The translations under genes and the position numbers were made by a program. A DNA stretch of 64,000 bases from a virus (taxonomy: Duplodnaviria > Caudoviricetes): the IMG/VR virus record IMGVR_UViG_3300022695_000065, positions 5,937 through 69,936 of that record; one strand, written 5' to 3'. Position 1 is the stretch's first letter. Every line of letters begins with the position of its first letter. This document shows positions 46,435-56,082 of this stretch, piece after piece. Below the pieces are notes generated by a model. That model was given only the letters and a program-made list of their open reading frames with translations. It was not told the DNA's origin and did no database searches.

Positions 46435-46989
46435 TTACTTTATTAACATACTATATAAAATATAATCATTTAACTTATTTTCTAATTTTTTATGAGTTTT
46501 TCTAAAATCATTGATAGTTTTTTCATTTAAAGTAACAGGACTACCTGGTACGTAGTCTTTACAAATAGTAATTATAATATTATGAAAACTTTTAGGTAAT
46601 AATATAAACACATCACCAAATGTTTTAGATAACATAAATATACTTTTTATATAAAAAACTAAATCTTTTTTAGATTCTTTTATATATCTTGTTTCATCTA
46701 ATATTTTATACATTCTATTATGTAAAGAATTATCTAAAGGATAGGTTTTATACCAATCCATTCTACATTTATTATAATAAGTTACCCCATTAAAACGAAT
46801 TCCTTCATTAGTTTTAATTTGTAGTATTTTGCAATTTTCTACACATATATTATTAATTTTATTTTGAATAAATGCCATTCTTTCTGAATTAAAATAATCA
46901 ACTATATGATTATATAATGATAATTTAATTTTAGTATTAATTTCAGAATAAAAACTAGACACCTGAATATTTCCTTGGTAATTGCCCAT
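46435..46989 (-). CDS. Hypothetical protein (position of N4 gp38-like)
   Basis: Between the helicase and polymerase genes. Confidence 0.55.
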   Translation of the reverse strand: MGNYQGNIQVSSFYSEINTKIKLSLYNHIVDYFNSERMAFIQNKINNICVENCKILQIKTNEGIRFNGVTYYNKCRMDWYKTYPLDNSLHNRMYKILDETRYIKESKKDLVFYIKSIFMLSKTFGDVFILLPKSFHNIIITICKDYVPGSPVTLNEKTINDFRKTHKKLENKLNDYILYSMLIK

Positions 46990-48229
46990 AACATATTACT
47001 TTTTCAGAAGCTCTGGTAAATGCTACATGCAACATACGAGCTACAGTATTTGGTTGATTACATCTACCTATATCTGATAAATTTAAATACACATTTTTAT
47101 ATGTAGAACCTTGAGCTTTATAAACAGTACAAGCATATATGGATCTTAAATCCCCAAATTTTCTCTTAGTAGAAAAATAAATTTTCCAATCTTTATTTTT
47201 TGTACATTCTTTTGCTAGCTCTTTAAGATATATTTTTACATCATTTTGATTTAATGCTTGAAATACATTTATACCTATTCCTAATGAATAATTAATTCCT
47301 TTAATGCCTTGTAAATTATCAGGTAAAACTTTTCGTATAGTAACTATATTTTCTGTATTATAACCTTCAGAATTACCAATAGCTTCTATTGGCTTATTAG
47401 TAATAACTTTTTCACCAACATTAAATATAGGAGATAGATTTAAAGTTTTTCTTATATAATTATTGTAATCATTTACAGTATCATTAGTCCATGCAATGAT
47501 TTTAGATTTGTTACTATTTATTGTATTTTTAGAGAATTCTTTATCTATTGCTGTTTGGAATTCTGAACCATTCATATGAATAATGGTTTTATTATCATAT
47601 GTAATAGGAGTAAATATTCCAGTATCTATAGTTTTTCTAAATTTAGCTGCTTCTAAATCAATAGGTGTACCTTTAGTAAATCTTACAGATTCATTTAATG
47701 TACCTTTTAATTTAACACTACTTAGTACTGAATTATTTATATCATTAACTGATATTAATTGATATGAATCACCAATATATAATATTTTACATTTATGAGT
47801 AGAATCTCTTATAAGCTTTAATAGATGTTTATCTATATATGTGTATTCATCAATAATAATTAATACATTAGTTAGTACACGCCAATTAAAATTCTTTTTT
47901 ATAGATGTTGTGCCTGTGGCAAGATTTTCACTTACTTTTAATTTTAATAGAGAATGAATAGTTTCTGTTGGTTCATTTGATAAATTTTTTAATACACTAG
48001 CTGCTTTATTTGTTGTAGCTGTGCAAAATACTTTAAAATCATCAGTAGAATTACCTGTAATTAATTTTCTTAATTGTGCTGATTGATTAATCATTTTAAT
48101 TAAATATTTAGTTAAAAAACTTTTACCAGTACCAGGAAAACCTTCTATTAACATTTCACCATGAGTATCACTATGAAGAAATTTATTAAACATACCAGCT
48201 ATATTTTGCTGATCTGTTGTCAGAGCCAT
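46955..48229 (-). CDS. Dda/RecD-like SF1 DNA helicase (N4 gp37-like)
   Basis: GFPGTGKS, TATTNKAA, IIIDE, IGDSYQL, TVYKAQGSTY and VAFTRAS motifs. Confidence 0.92.
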   Translation of the reverse strand: MALTTDQQNIAGMFNKFLHSDTHGEMLIEGFPGTGKSFLTKYLIKMINQSAQLRKLITGNSTDDFKVFCTATTNKAASVLKNLSNEPTETIHSLLKLKVSENLATGTTSIKKNFNWRVLTNVLIIIDEYTYIDKHLLKLIRDSTHKCKILYIGDSYQLISVNDINNSVLSSVKLKGTLNESVRFTKGTPIDLEAAKFRKTIDTGIFTPITYDNKTIIHMNGSEFQTAIDKEFSKNTINSNKSKIIAWTNDTVNDYNNYIRKTLNLSPIFNVGEKVITNKPIEAIGNSEGYNTENIVTIRKVLPDNLQGIKGINYSLGIGINVFQALNQNDVKIYLKELAKECTKNKDWKIYFSTKRKFGDLRSIYACTVYKAQGSTYKNVYLNLSDIGRCNQPNTVARMLHVAFTRASEKVICYGQLPRKYSGV

Positions 48230-48245
48230 TGTATTTCCAATTATT

Positions 48246-48431
48246 TTATGGATTTAAATTTAAATATTTATTTAAAATAATGCATTGATTATCTTTTGAT
48301 AAGTTAAAATTACAAGTTATTGTTCTATTTTTTGATATATAAAAAAATTTACAATTTTTACATTCATCTAAATTCATATATTCATCAATAATTTTTTGTT
48401 TAACATCTATTTTTTTATTATTTTTATTCAT
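48246..48431 (-). CDS. Small hypothetical protein with Cys motifs
   Basis: CKNCKF..C..C. Confidence 0.5.
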   Translation of the reverse strand: MNKNNKKIDVKQKIIDEYMNLDECKNCKFFYISKNRTITCNFNLSKDNQCIILNKYLNLNP

Positions 48432-48438
48432 TTAATAA

Positions 48439-48738
48439 TTATACTTTCCTGTTAATAACACCTTTTGTTTTTAATTTTAAATATTCATTTTTAGATAATA
48501 GTTTAAAATTACAAGAATTATCTTCTGTAATTGATTGAATCATCCCATCGTTTAACATTTCAGCATTTTTAAATAAACTCAATATTCCAATACCTATTTC
48601 AAAATCTACTATATATTTTTGTAAATAACCAAATTCTATAAGCATATAACAAAAATTTTGATTTATAAGTTCTTTTTCAGAAGGTATAGTTATTCTTGGT
48701 TTACTTATATTTTCTTTATTTAAACTATTTTGTTTCAT
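48439..48738 (-). CDS. Hypothetical protein
   Basis: ORF track; overlaps the upstream stop. Confidence 0.5.
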   Translation of the reverse strand: MKQNSLNKENISKPRITIPSEKELINQNFCYMLIEFGYLQKYIVDFEIGIGILSLFKNAEMLNDGMIQSITEDNSCNFKLLSKNEYLKLKTKGVINRKV

Positions 48739-49849
48739 AATAAATTAATTTCCCAAAATTTACAGATGCATTAGGATTATTAACTGCAATCCATATAACA
48801 GGAAATCCAGGGTCTTCTATTATTTTACGACACTCTAGATCACTAAATATTATTAACACTGTAGGTGGATACTCTTTAAAATATTTAAATACAGGTTTTA
48901 ATTTAGTACCACCTCTGCCATTAAATTTAATATTACCCATAGATTCATCTTGGTTTAAAATATGAACATTATGAATTTTAGTATCAAAATCAATTATTGT
49001 AGTTAATACTGGATTTAAACATTCTCTCATATATTTTGTTTCAGAATAATAAGCATTAAATTCTTCATCATTTACAGAACTACTTGTATCAAAAGCTAAA
49101 CCAAGATCATTCATACTTTCACCATATAATGAAGGTAAATAAAAATCTGGCATAAACCTTTTATTAGGTCTTTTAAATGAATAATCAGTTTTAGCATAAG
49201 CAGTCATATGTTGCATAAGTATAGTAAACCAATCTAATTTAGGGTTACATAATTCATCGATAACTCGTTGAATATCCCCAGGTATAGTTCCTGCTTCATC
49301 TTTAAAGATTTTACTTTGAATAGACGCTTTTACTATTATACTTTTTATAGTAGCTTCTTTATTTTTTACTTCTTGTAAAGAATCTCCGCTAATAGGTATA
49401 ATATCACAATCATAATTATCTTTAGAACCATAAGGGTCATCAGGTAATTCCTTATATATTTGCTCAGTTGCCATTTTATCATATTTATGATTTATTAAAC
49501 CACCATCAGGTAATTTATAATTTTTATTAGTGAGCATATTATTAATTACATAATCTGCTGCTTTATTATATTTTTCTTTATCATAACCTACACCTCTAAC
49601 CATATGTTCAAAAGCTACATGCCAAGCTTCATGTGCTAATAAACCTATTCTTTGTGATGATGTTAAATTATGAAAAAAGTCAGGATTTATAAGAATATAT
49701 TCTCCATTAGTAGCTGCTGTAGGAATAGATTTTTCCCATCTTAATTTTAATGAAAATAATATAGTACATATAAAAGCACTGCTATGTACGCTTAATATTC
49801 CAATTTTAGCTTTATTAAGGTCTTTAGTTAATTGTTTAATATTTGGCAT
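48725..49849 (-). CDS. Zincin-like metallopeptidase plus VWA domain protein (N4 gp25-like)
   Basis: TAATNG..LAHEAWHVAFEH (HExxH); AFDTSSSV (MIDAS DxSxS); GRGGT. Confidence 0.9.
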   Translation of the reverse strand: MPNIKQLTKDLNKAKIGILSVHSSAFICTILFSLKLRWEKSIPTAATNGEYILINPDFFHNLTSSQRIGLLAHEAWHVAFEHMVRGVGYDKEKYNKAADYVINNMLTNKNYKLPDGGLINHKYDKMATEQIYKELPDDPYGSKDNYDCDIIPISGDSLQEVKNKEATIKSIIVKASIQSKIFKDEAGTIPGDIQRVIDELCNPKLDWFTILMQHMTAYAKTDYSFKRPNKRFMPDFYLPSLYGESMNDLGLAFDTSSSVNDEEFNAYYSETKYMRECLNPVLTTIIDFDTKIHNVHILNQDESMGNIKFNGRGGTKLKPVFKYFKEYPPTVLIIFSDLECRKIIEDPGFPVIWIAVNNPNASVNFGKLIYYETK

Positions 49850-49857
49850 AATATTTC

Positions 49858-50922
49858 CTAATCTAATAAAAGTCCTACATTACGCTCTCTCCATTTAACA
49901 ATAGCTGAACAATCTGCTAATGGTATATTTTTACGTACAGCATTATTTAAACAAGTAATTTGAAATTCAATAGGAAGTCTATCAATCATTTGAATAATAG
50001 TATCAACAGTAGTTTCCTTAATATGTTTAGCCACCATAAAACTAATAGCATATAAAATGCTTGGTTCTTCAGGAATATCCACACCTTTAGGATTACGCAT
50101 AATTTCTTGTATAGTAGGAATATCTTCAAATATACTACAATAAGGTATAAATTCATTAGCCATACCTTCACCTACTGTACCTGCTACAAGTGGCATTTTA
50201 TTCATAGATACAGTTTTCCATGGTTTAATAATTTTAGATAAAAACTCCCATGTTCTAGGACATGGAAATGTTTTATCAGAATGATCTGGATCAAAATTAT
50301 GGAGAGCTTCATTTTTAAAACTAATCCATGCCATAATTCTGTGATCAATACTATTATTATTAGCCCATTTAAGCCAATCTTTAACATCAGCCTCAAGCTG
50401 GAAATGAATCATTCTGGATTGCATAGCTGTAGATAATCTATTTACAATAGCTTTATCTGTATCAAGATTACCAGCACACATAATTACTACATTTTTATGT
50501 AAATTATATTGTCCTATTTTTCTATCTAATACGATTTTATACGCTGCTGCTTGTACAGCCATAGGTGCTGAATTAAATTCATCAAGTAATAGAAACCATC
50601 CATCATAGTTATCAGTGTTTTCTGAGCCAAGCTGCTCATCACTAACTGCCTTTAAAGGCAAGGAATCATTTTCTATAGGGAATATATCCATAGGTAAGTA
50701 AGTAGCTTTATTTAAAGCTTTATCTACATAAGGAAATCCATTTAAGTCTGTTGGGTCACATTGAGCTAATCTAATATCTATAAGTTTTAAGTTTTGTTCA
50801 TCAGCTATTTGACGCGCAATAGATGATTTACCTATTCCTGGTGAAGAAGTAAACATTGGTACTAGACCAGCTTTAAAAGTATCCATTATAAATTCTGGTG
50901 CTTGTGCTGGAGTTATAAACAT
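49858..50922 (-). CDS. MoxR-like AAA+ ATPase (N4 gp24-like)
   Basis: SSPGIGKS, LLLDEFN, STAMQSR and PCPRTWE motifs. Confidence 0.9.
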   Translation of the reverse strand: MFITPAQAPEFIMDTFKAGLVPMFTSSPGIGKSSIARQIADEQNLKLIDIRLAQCDPTDLNGFPYVDKALNKATYLPMDIFPIENDSLPLKAVSDEQLGSENTDNYDGWFLLLDEFNSAPMAVQAAAYKIVLDRKIGQYNLHKNVVIMCAGNLDTDKAIVNRLSTAMQSRMIHFQLEADVKDWLKWANNNSIDHRIMAWISFKNEALHNFDPDHSDKTFPCPRTWEFLSKIIKPWKTVSMNKMPLVAGTVGEGMANEFIPYCSIFEDIPTIQEIMRNPKGVDIPEEPSILYAISFMVAKHIKETTVDTIIQMIDRLPIEFQITCLNNAVRKNIPLADCSAIVKWRERNVGLLLD

Positions 50923-50950
50923 TTCTATATCCTTTCATATTTATGTTTAA

Positions 50951-51184
50951 TTATTTCTTTAAAGCTACTTTGAAAAATTCATTTGTAAGTTTTTTTAAAT
51001 ACTTAATATCTTTAAATGTAGTTTCTATAGTTAATTCTTTATCTTTCATTGTAAGAATAAAAGCATTATCAGATTCATCAATATTTTTTATTACATCGTA
51101 TAGTTTACTACTATTATTGGTACTATCTAAATTTTTCATGTAGAAATCTGGATTAATGATATTTTCTTTTTTATCTTTATTCAT
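50951..51184 (-). CDS. Hypothetical protein
   Basis: ORF with an AAGGA RBS. Confidence 0.55.
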   Translation of the reverse strand: MNKDKKENIINPDFYMKNLDSTNNSSKLYDVIKNIDESDNAFILTMKDKELTIETTFKDIKYLKKLTNEFFKVALKK

Positions 51185-51211
51185 TTTATTTAATATCCTT
51201 TATTTAAATAT

Positions 51212-51289
51212 TGGTGTCCGTAGCGGGACTCGAACCTGCACTGTTCAGATTTTAAGTCTGTTGTCTCCTACCGATTGGACTATACGGAC
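51212..51289 (-). tRNA. trnL: tRNA-Leu(UAA), short variable loop
   Basis: GUCCGUA/UACGGAC acceptor stem, anticodon loop CU-UAA-AA, TTCGA T-loop, encoded CCA. Confidence 0.85.
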
Positions 51290-51295
51290 TTTAAT

Positions 51296-51372
51296 TGGTG
51301 GGCATAGAAGGACTCGAACCCTCAACACCAGAAGTAGAAGTTCTGTGCTCTATCCAGTTGAGCTATATACCC
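51296..51372 (-). tRNA. trnR: tRNA-Arg(UCU)
   Basis: GGGUAUA/UAUGCCC acceptor stem, CAGAA-CU-UCU-AC-UUCUG anticodon arm, TTCGA T-loop, encoded CCA. Confidence 0.93.
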
Positions 51373-51484
51373 TTTATTTTACTAAAAAAAAAATAGGTAG
51401 ATGCTTAATTAAAAACACCTACCCATAAGTTTATTGTAACTACAGGGGTAAAACATGAAAGGACGTAGTTACAATTTAATTAAG

Positions 51485-51688
51485 TTAATATAATTTTTCT
51501 AAAGCTTCAATAGTATTATGCAATAAATTTATAGCATTTTGTATATTTTTCATATTAATTAAAAGACCTACTTTATTATCACTTGATAAACCTATTACAA
51601 TAGATTCATCTGCTTTTTCAACTAATTTATATATATCTTCATTAGATAATTTATTTGTTTTAATAGGAAAATCAATAATATTATTCAC
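51485..51688 (-). CDS. Hypothetical protein
   Basis: ORF track. Confidence 0.5.
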   Translation of the reverse strand: MNNIIDFPIKTNKLSNEDIYKLVEKADESIVIGLSSDNKVGLLINMKNIQNAINLLHNTIEALEKLY

Positions 51689-51689
51689 A

Positions 51690-52169
51690 CTATATATCTT
51701 TATCTGTTTTTGATTCTTTATAAATAGTTACTTCAACGCCAGCTTCTTTAAATAAATTTAAACCAAGTATAGCTGGTTCAGTCCAACTACTTTTACATCT
51801 TGAATCTGTTTTTATATAATGAACTATTCTTTTTATACCAGATTGTATAATAGCAATAACACATTGATTACAACTTGGTCCTACACCAGGAGGATAAACA
51901 TACATAATACAATCTTGTAAATTAATACGAGCTAATAAAATAGCATTTAATTCAGCATGTATTATTTGTTTTAATTTATTTTCTTTATTATTATAAAGAT
52001 CATAATTATCATTGCATCCAATAGGAAATCCATTAAAACCTGTACTTATTATACTTTTATCAGGTCTTACAATAACAGCTCCTACCTTAGTATTTGGGTC
52101 TTTAGACCATTTAGATATTTGTTTAGTTAATTGTAAAAATCTAATATCCCATTTTATTCTATTATTCAT
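51690..52169 (-). CDS. dCMP (deoxycytidylate) deaminase
   Basis: SKDPNTKVGAVIV, GFNG, IHAELNA and PSCNQC zinc motifs. Confidence 0.92.
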   Translation of the reverse strand: MNNRIKWDIRFLQLTKQISKWSKDPNTKVGAVIVRPDKSIISTGFNGFPIGCNDNYDLYNNKENKLKQIIHAELNAILLARINLQDCIMYVYPPGVGPSCNQCVIAIIQSGIKRIVHYIKTDSRCKSSWTEPAILGLNLFKEAGVEVTIYKESKTDKDI

Positions 52170-52172
52170 AGT

Positions 52173-52841
52173 TTAAAGCTCTATTAGAATTTTAAGTAAA
52201 CCATGATCATTAATATGAATTACCATATTATCACCTAATTCTTCTTTTCTTTTATTTATTAATTTAATTGCTTCCCTTAATTCAAAAGTATTATCTATTA
52301 AACTATCGTTATTATTTTCTGGTTTCACACATGTATTTATAGCTTTGGGTATATTAGAATAATTATCAAATAAACCTGGTAATTCATTAATATTTTCAGT
52401 AACTGTATTTATTAATTTTTCTCTGCTATATTTTGGTAAACCAACATATTCAGGTAAATTTGTATTTATCAAAGTTTTATTTACAGTAACAATACATTCA
52501 ATTAAATTTTTATTAGAAAAATAATGTATTTCATCAGGTTTTGTTCTTCTAAAAAAATAAGGATTAACTACTTCAGTATGAGATTTAGTTCTAAAGCTGA
52601 CTATAGGAAGAGGTTCCCTTTTATCAGATTTACTATAAATTATTTTAGTACCTCTTACTATTTCATTTTTATGAAGATTTTTAGGCTTAATTAATATTTT
52701 GTATTTAATATTTGATAATCTAATTACTTTAGCTACGTAAATATTATTAAATAAACCTAGTGTATTTTTAAATTTTTTTTCTTCTCCTGGTAAATTTAAA
52801 ACTACAATAAGACTGCTTTTAGCAGAACATCCTATCAGCAT
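52173..52841 (-). CDS. Hypothetical protein
   Basis: Long ORF in operon context; start codon uncertain. Confidence 0.55.
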   Translation of the reverse strand: MLIGCSAKSSLIVVLNLPGEEKKFKNTLGLFNNIYVAKVIRLSNIKYKILIKPKNLHKNEIVRGTKIIYSKSDKREPLPIVSFRTKSHTEVVNPYFFRRTKPDEIHYFSNKNLIECIVTVNKTLINTNLPEYVGLPKYSREKLINTVTENINELPGLFDNYSNIPKAINTCVKPENNNDSLIDNTFELREAIKLINKRKEELGDNMVIHINDHGLLKILIEL

Positions 52842-53001
52842 TTTATAATCCTTTTTAATATATTTAAAATAAGGCGGCTGTACTCATAAATTCTTGCTCA
52901 TCTTAAGAACTTAGTTACTTACAAGTTAACTATCTTATTTATAAAAATAATTTAGCATCTATGATTAAGGCCACAGCCAAGACCTGCAAAGGAGGCAGTA
53001 A

Positions 53002-53238
53002 CTAAGTGTCAATTATCATTTTACCAAAAGTATTGAATTTTGTTCTAATATTATCTGGTAAAATAAATTCACTATAATATATGTGCTTAGAGCTAGTATT
53101 ACCACTTACATATAATGCTATGTAACCAGTTCCCCATTTAGCATATAATTCATTATTATATTTGTAGATATTATTTATTTTGTATATACCTGCTTTACGC
53201 AGTAAAATAAAACTATCTTCAATTAATTCAAATTCCAT
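53002..53238 (-). CDS. Hypothetical protein
   Basis: ORF track. Confidence 0.55.
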   Translation of the reverse strand: MEFELIEDSFILLRKAGIYKINNIYKYNNELYAKWGTGYIALYVSGNTSSKHIYYSEFILPDNIRTKFNTFGKMIIDT

Positions 53239-53248
53239 TTTATTGCTT

Positions 53249-53434
53249 TTATTTATTAAATAGATTAGTATTTTTTATGATATTTTTACATTTATTTTTA
53301 TAGAACATAATTTCTTTATCTAATCTATTATTTCTAACTTTCCTTCCCATTAAAATATTTTTTAATTTTAGATCATTTAATTCTACAATTTTTCTCTGTA
53401 TAGTTACTAAATTTAATGGTTTTACGTCAAACAT
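53249..53434 (-). CDS. Hypothetical protein
   Basis: ORF with a GGAGG RBS. Confidence 0.5.
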   Translation of the reverse strand: MFDVKPLNLVTIQRKIVELNDLKLKNILMGRKVRNNRLDKEIMFYKNKCKNIIKNTNLFNK

Positions 53435-53530
53435 AATAAAATCAATAGCCTCCAGTTAATCTATAGTAGAAAAGTCACGGTTTTGATCAGTTAGTATCCC
53501 GTATTTGATTTTTTAGAACTTATATGAAAA

Positions 53531-53569
53531 ATATCATACAAAGGTGTCGGAGACACCCTCATATGATAT
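53531..53569 (-). terminator. Stem-loop downstream of the RNAP2 gene (terminator candidate)
   Basis: GGTGTC-GGA-GACACC core with outer ATATCATA/TATGATAT arms; T-rich downstream on the - strand. Confidence 0.5.
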
Positions 53570-53581
53570 TATTATTTATAT

Positions 53582-53766
53582 TTAACTTAGAGCATATTCA
53601 GCATCTATTATATTTTTATACAAGTTATTAGACTTCTTTTTAAGAACTCCAGAACTATTAGTTATTTCATTAAGAATATGTTCTAACAAGTTAGATTCAG
53701 CTATTCTAGCAAGTATATTATTATAGTTCTGTCTTACTTGGTTCATATAGTTAGGAGAAGCCCAGA
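53582..53766 (-). CDS. RNA polymerase II subunit 2 (N4 gp16-like), exon 2 (missed by the ORF track)
   Basis: After splicing reads (F)WASPNYMNQVRQNYNNILARIAESNLLEHILNEIT..EYALS*. Confidence 0.9.
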
Positions 53767-54761
53767 CATATGTTAATCAATTCGTTAAATTGACCTTATT
53801 TCCCATGATTTTTATGAAATGAGTATTTAATATTTGCTTTTTCACGAGATAACTCTGCTTCTTTTATTGAGTCAAACAACCCTAAATGTATTTGTTTGCC
53901 ATGAACCATTATATAAGCACGAAACTTATTTGTTGGTTTATGCAAACATACGCCTAATACTTTAGTTTTGCTATTTGAACTTAGAGACTCATTTAGATGA
54001 TTTTCTCTATTAGTTACTTCTCTTAGATTAATCCATCTATTATCATTACGAATATGGTTTATATGGTCTACTTGATTAGGCAAATAATTTAGTAAGTATA
54101 AAAATACTAGTCTATGTGCAAGATAGTCTATTCCGCCTATGCGTATAGTTAAATAACCAGCGCTATGTTTCATAGTAGCATTTTTATTAATAAAACCATT
54201 TATAGAAGTAAATTTATATGTCCATAATCCTGTAATTATATCATAATTAAACCAATATTTTAATATTGATTGATTTATGAAAAATACTTTTTTATTACCT
54301 TTTTTACATACAGGGCATAGATTTCCAATTTTACTTTTTTTAGAGGAGTATAAATCTTTAGTAATATATGTGGAACTACATCTATTACATTTGCATTTAG
54401 CTCCTATTTTACCTATTCGTTTAATGATATTAAGCACAGTACTTCCTAAATATGTATTTGGTTTTGATATTAACCTAATTAGGAATATAAGTCTATAATT
54501 TTCATTATAGTATCGGACTATATCTTCATCCTTTAATATATTTATATTAAATAGGATGCAAGGCACTTCGGATCTCACTTGAGTATCCTACGGACATTAT
54601 TGACCATAGTATTTATATGGCTTCTCATCCTAGTCTCTGAACCTTCTATAATATTACTACTATAGCTTGGCTGCTGATTGGCATAGGATTTCTCCTTTAG
54701 CTTTCCAGACAGTTCACCTCATCTTGACCTTATATTACTATAAGGCATCGCTCTTATTGGA
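53767..54761 (-). mobile_element. Group I self-splicing intron (IA-type core) in the RNAP2 gene
   Basis: P GAACTGTCTGGAAA (54702-54715), Q AATCAGCAGCCAAG (54666-54679), R GTTCAGAGACTA (54631-54642), S AAGATATAGTCC (54515-54526); P1 with a U.G pair; terminal G at 53767; in-frame exon ligation. Confidence 0.93.
53796..54578 (-). CDS. Intron-encoded HNH-AP2 homing endonuclease with an N-terminal Cys cluster
   Basis: YLAHRLVF..QVDHINHIRNDNRWINLREVT (HNH); GVCLHKPTNKFRAYI..HLGLFDS (AP2); CKCNRC..CPVC; GTG start with AGGA SD. Confidence 0.88.
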   Translation of the reverse strand: MRSEVPCILFNINILKDEDIVRYYNENYRLIFLIRLISKPNTYLGSTVLNIIKRIGKIGAKCKCNRCSSTYITKDLYSSKKSKIGNLCPVCKKGNKKVFFINQSILKYWFNYDIITGLWTYKFTSINGFINKNATMKHSAGYLTIRIGGIDYLAHRLVFLYLLNYLPNQVDHINHIRNDNRWINLREVTNRENHLNESLSSNSKTKVLGVCLHKPTNKFRAYIMVHGKQIHLGLFDSIKEAELSREKANIKYSFHKNHGK

Positions 54762-55578
54762 ACGAATCATGTATATGTAACAGATCAAATCCTTGTCTTT
54801 TACTATTACGTACCATTTCTCTTACTACATATCCATCTACACTATGAATTATATTAGCAGCTAAAGATAAACCACTTTCTTGAGCTTTATTTACATATAT
54901 TCTATGAGTAAATGTAGCATGATCTAATTCATCTATTTCAATTTTATGATCTTCTGGAACCATAACTTTAACATATGCTATATGGCCATCAGGCAAAGTC
55001 CATTGATGAATCTTTTTATTTGATTGCCAACATGATTGCATATCATTCATACATTCCATAGCTCCAGATAGTTCATTATTAAGAATATTATAGAAGTTAT
55101 TTAGTTCAGGGGTATTATCACCGAATATGTCTTTTGGTTGCTGAAGCGAACCGTAAAATGTGGTCATACAGGGGTATTTTACTATTGATCTAGGAAATAT
55201 CCTTCCGCATAGTTTCGACAGTTTTTCAGCAACAAATTGATACACATCTTCTCTTTTACTAGTATTAACAAGATTTACTCTTTTAGCTGTTTTCTTGCAT
55301 CCCATAAGACAAGCCATAATTTGAATACCTGAAGCAGTAGCATCAAGTCCCATTATGAATCCTGTAGGTATATGATTCTGAGCATCTCTATATGCTCTAA
55401 CAGCTTTTGCAAATAGTATTGGTTCATTAGCTAATTCAGTAATAGTTTCTAATTTATCCTTATTAGCATTTACAAACTCAATTCTATTATTCCAGTTTAT
55501 TTTATCTAATCCAAACTGATTAGCTATATCAATTTTGATATATTCTATACCTGTAAATTTAGTCATACTTTTTCTCAT
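54762..55578 (-). CDS. RNA polymerase II subunit 2 (N4 gp16-like), exon 1
   Basis: MTKFTGIEYIKIDIANQFGLDK; motif A GLDATASG; motif B RSIVKYPCMTTFYGS; motif C HIHDS truncated by the intron. Confidence 0.92.
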
Positions 55579-55590
55579 TTTATAGTCCTT

Positions 55591-55833
55591 TCATTTAGTT
55601 ATTAATTGTTTTAATTCATTCATTTTTCTTATTTTTAATATTTTAGTTAATACTTTAATCATATCTTTTGTATTTTTATCAGATAATGCAATTCCACATT
55701 TTTTCTTTTCCTCAAAACATTCTATAAATACACAAAATTTATTGTTGTATTTGTTACCTTCTTCTAATTCAAGACTATTCCCTTTTTGTTCAGTACACTC
55801 ATATTTAGCATGTATAATAATATCATTTTCCAT
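55591..55833 (-). CDS. Hypothetical early protein
   Basis: ORF with RBS. Confidence 0.5.
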   Translation of the reverse strand: MENDIIIHAKYECTEQKGNSLELEEGNKYNNKFCVFIECFEEKKKCGIALSDKNTKDMIKVLTKILKIRKMNELKQLITK

Positions 55834-55842
55834 TATTAATCC

Positions 55843-56082
55843 TTATTTAGTTACAGCCATATGTAGTTTTTTATTTAATATTACTTCTTCAAGTTTGCTA
55901 TTAAGTACACTTTCTGTATATGTCTCATCATTACAATTATCACAATAAGCATATTCTAATAAATCTTCTATTTCCCATAATTGTTTATCATAATTCCATA
56001 CAGCAATAGCATCTATTGAAACATATTCAGAACCACATTTAGAACATATAATATGTTCTTTATTATTTTTTGAAGTAGTCAT
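55843..56082 (-). CDS. Small zinc-finger-like protein
   Basis: CSKCGS..YCDNC. Confidence 0.65.
   Translation of the reverse strand: MTTSKNNKEHIICSKCGSEYVSIDAIAVWNYDKQLWEIEDLLEYAYCDNCNDETYTESVLNSKLEEVILNKKLHMAVTK

Noticed and set aside
51433-51475. 11-bp inverted repeat with a GAAA-containing loop, loosely like a c-di-GMP-I riboswitch
   Set aside because: It lacks the second helix and the conserved GCAAA element and is on the strand opposite the local genes; more likely a tRNA-leader hairpin.
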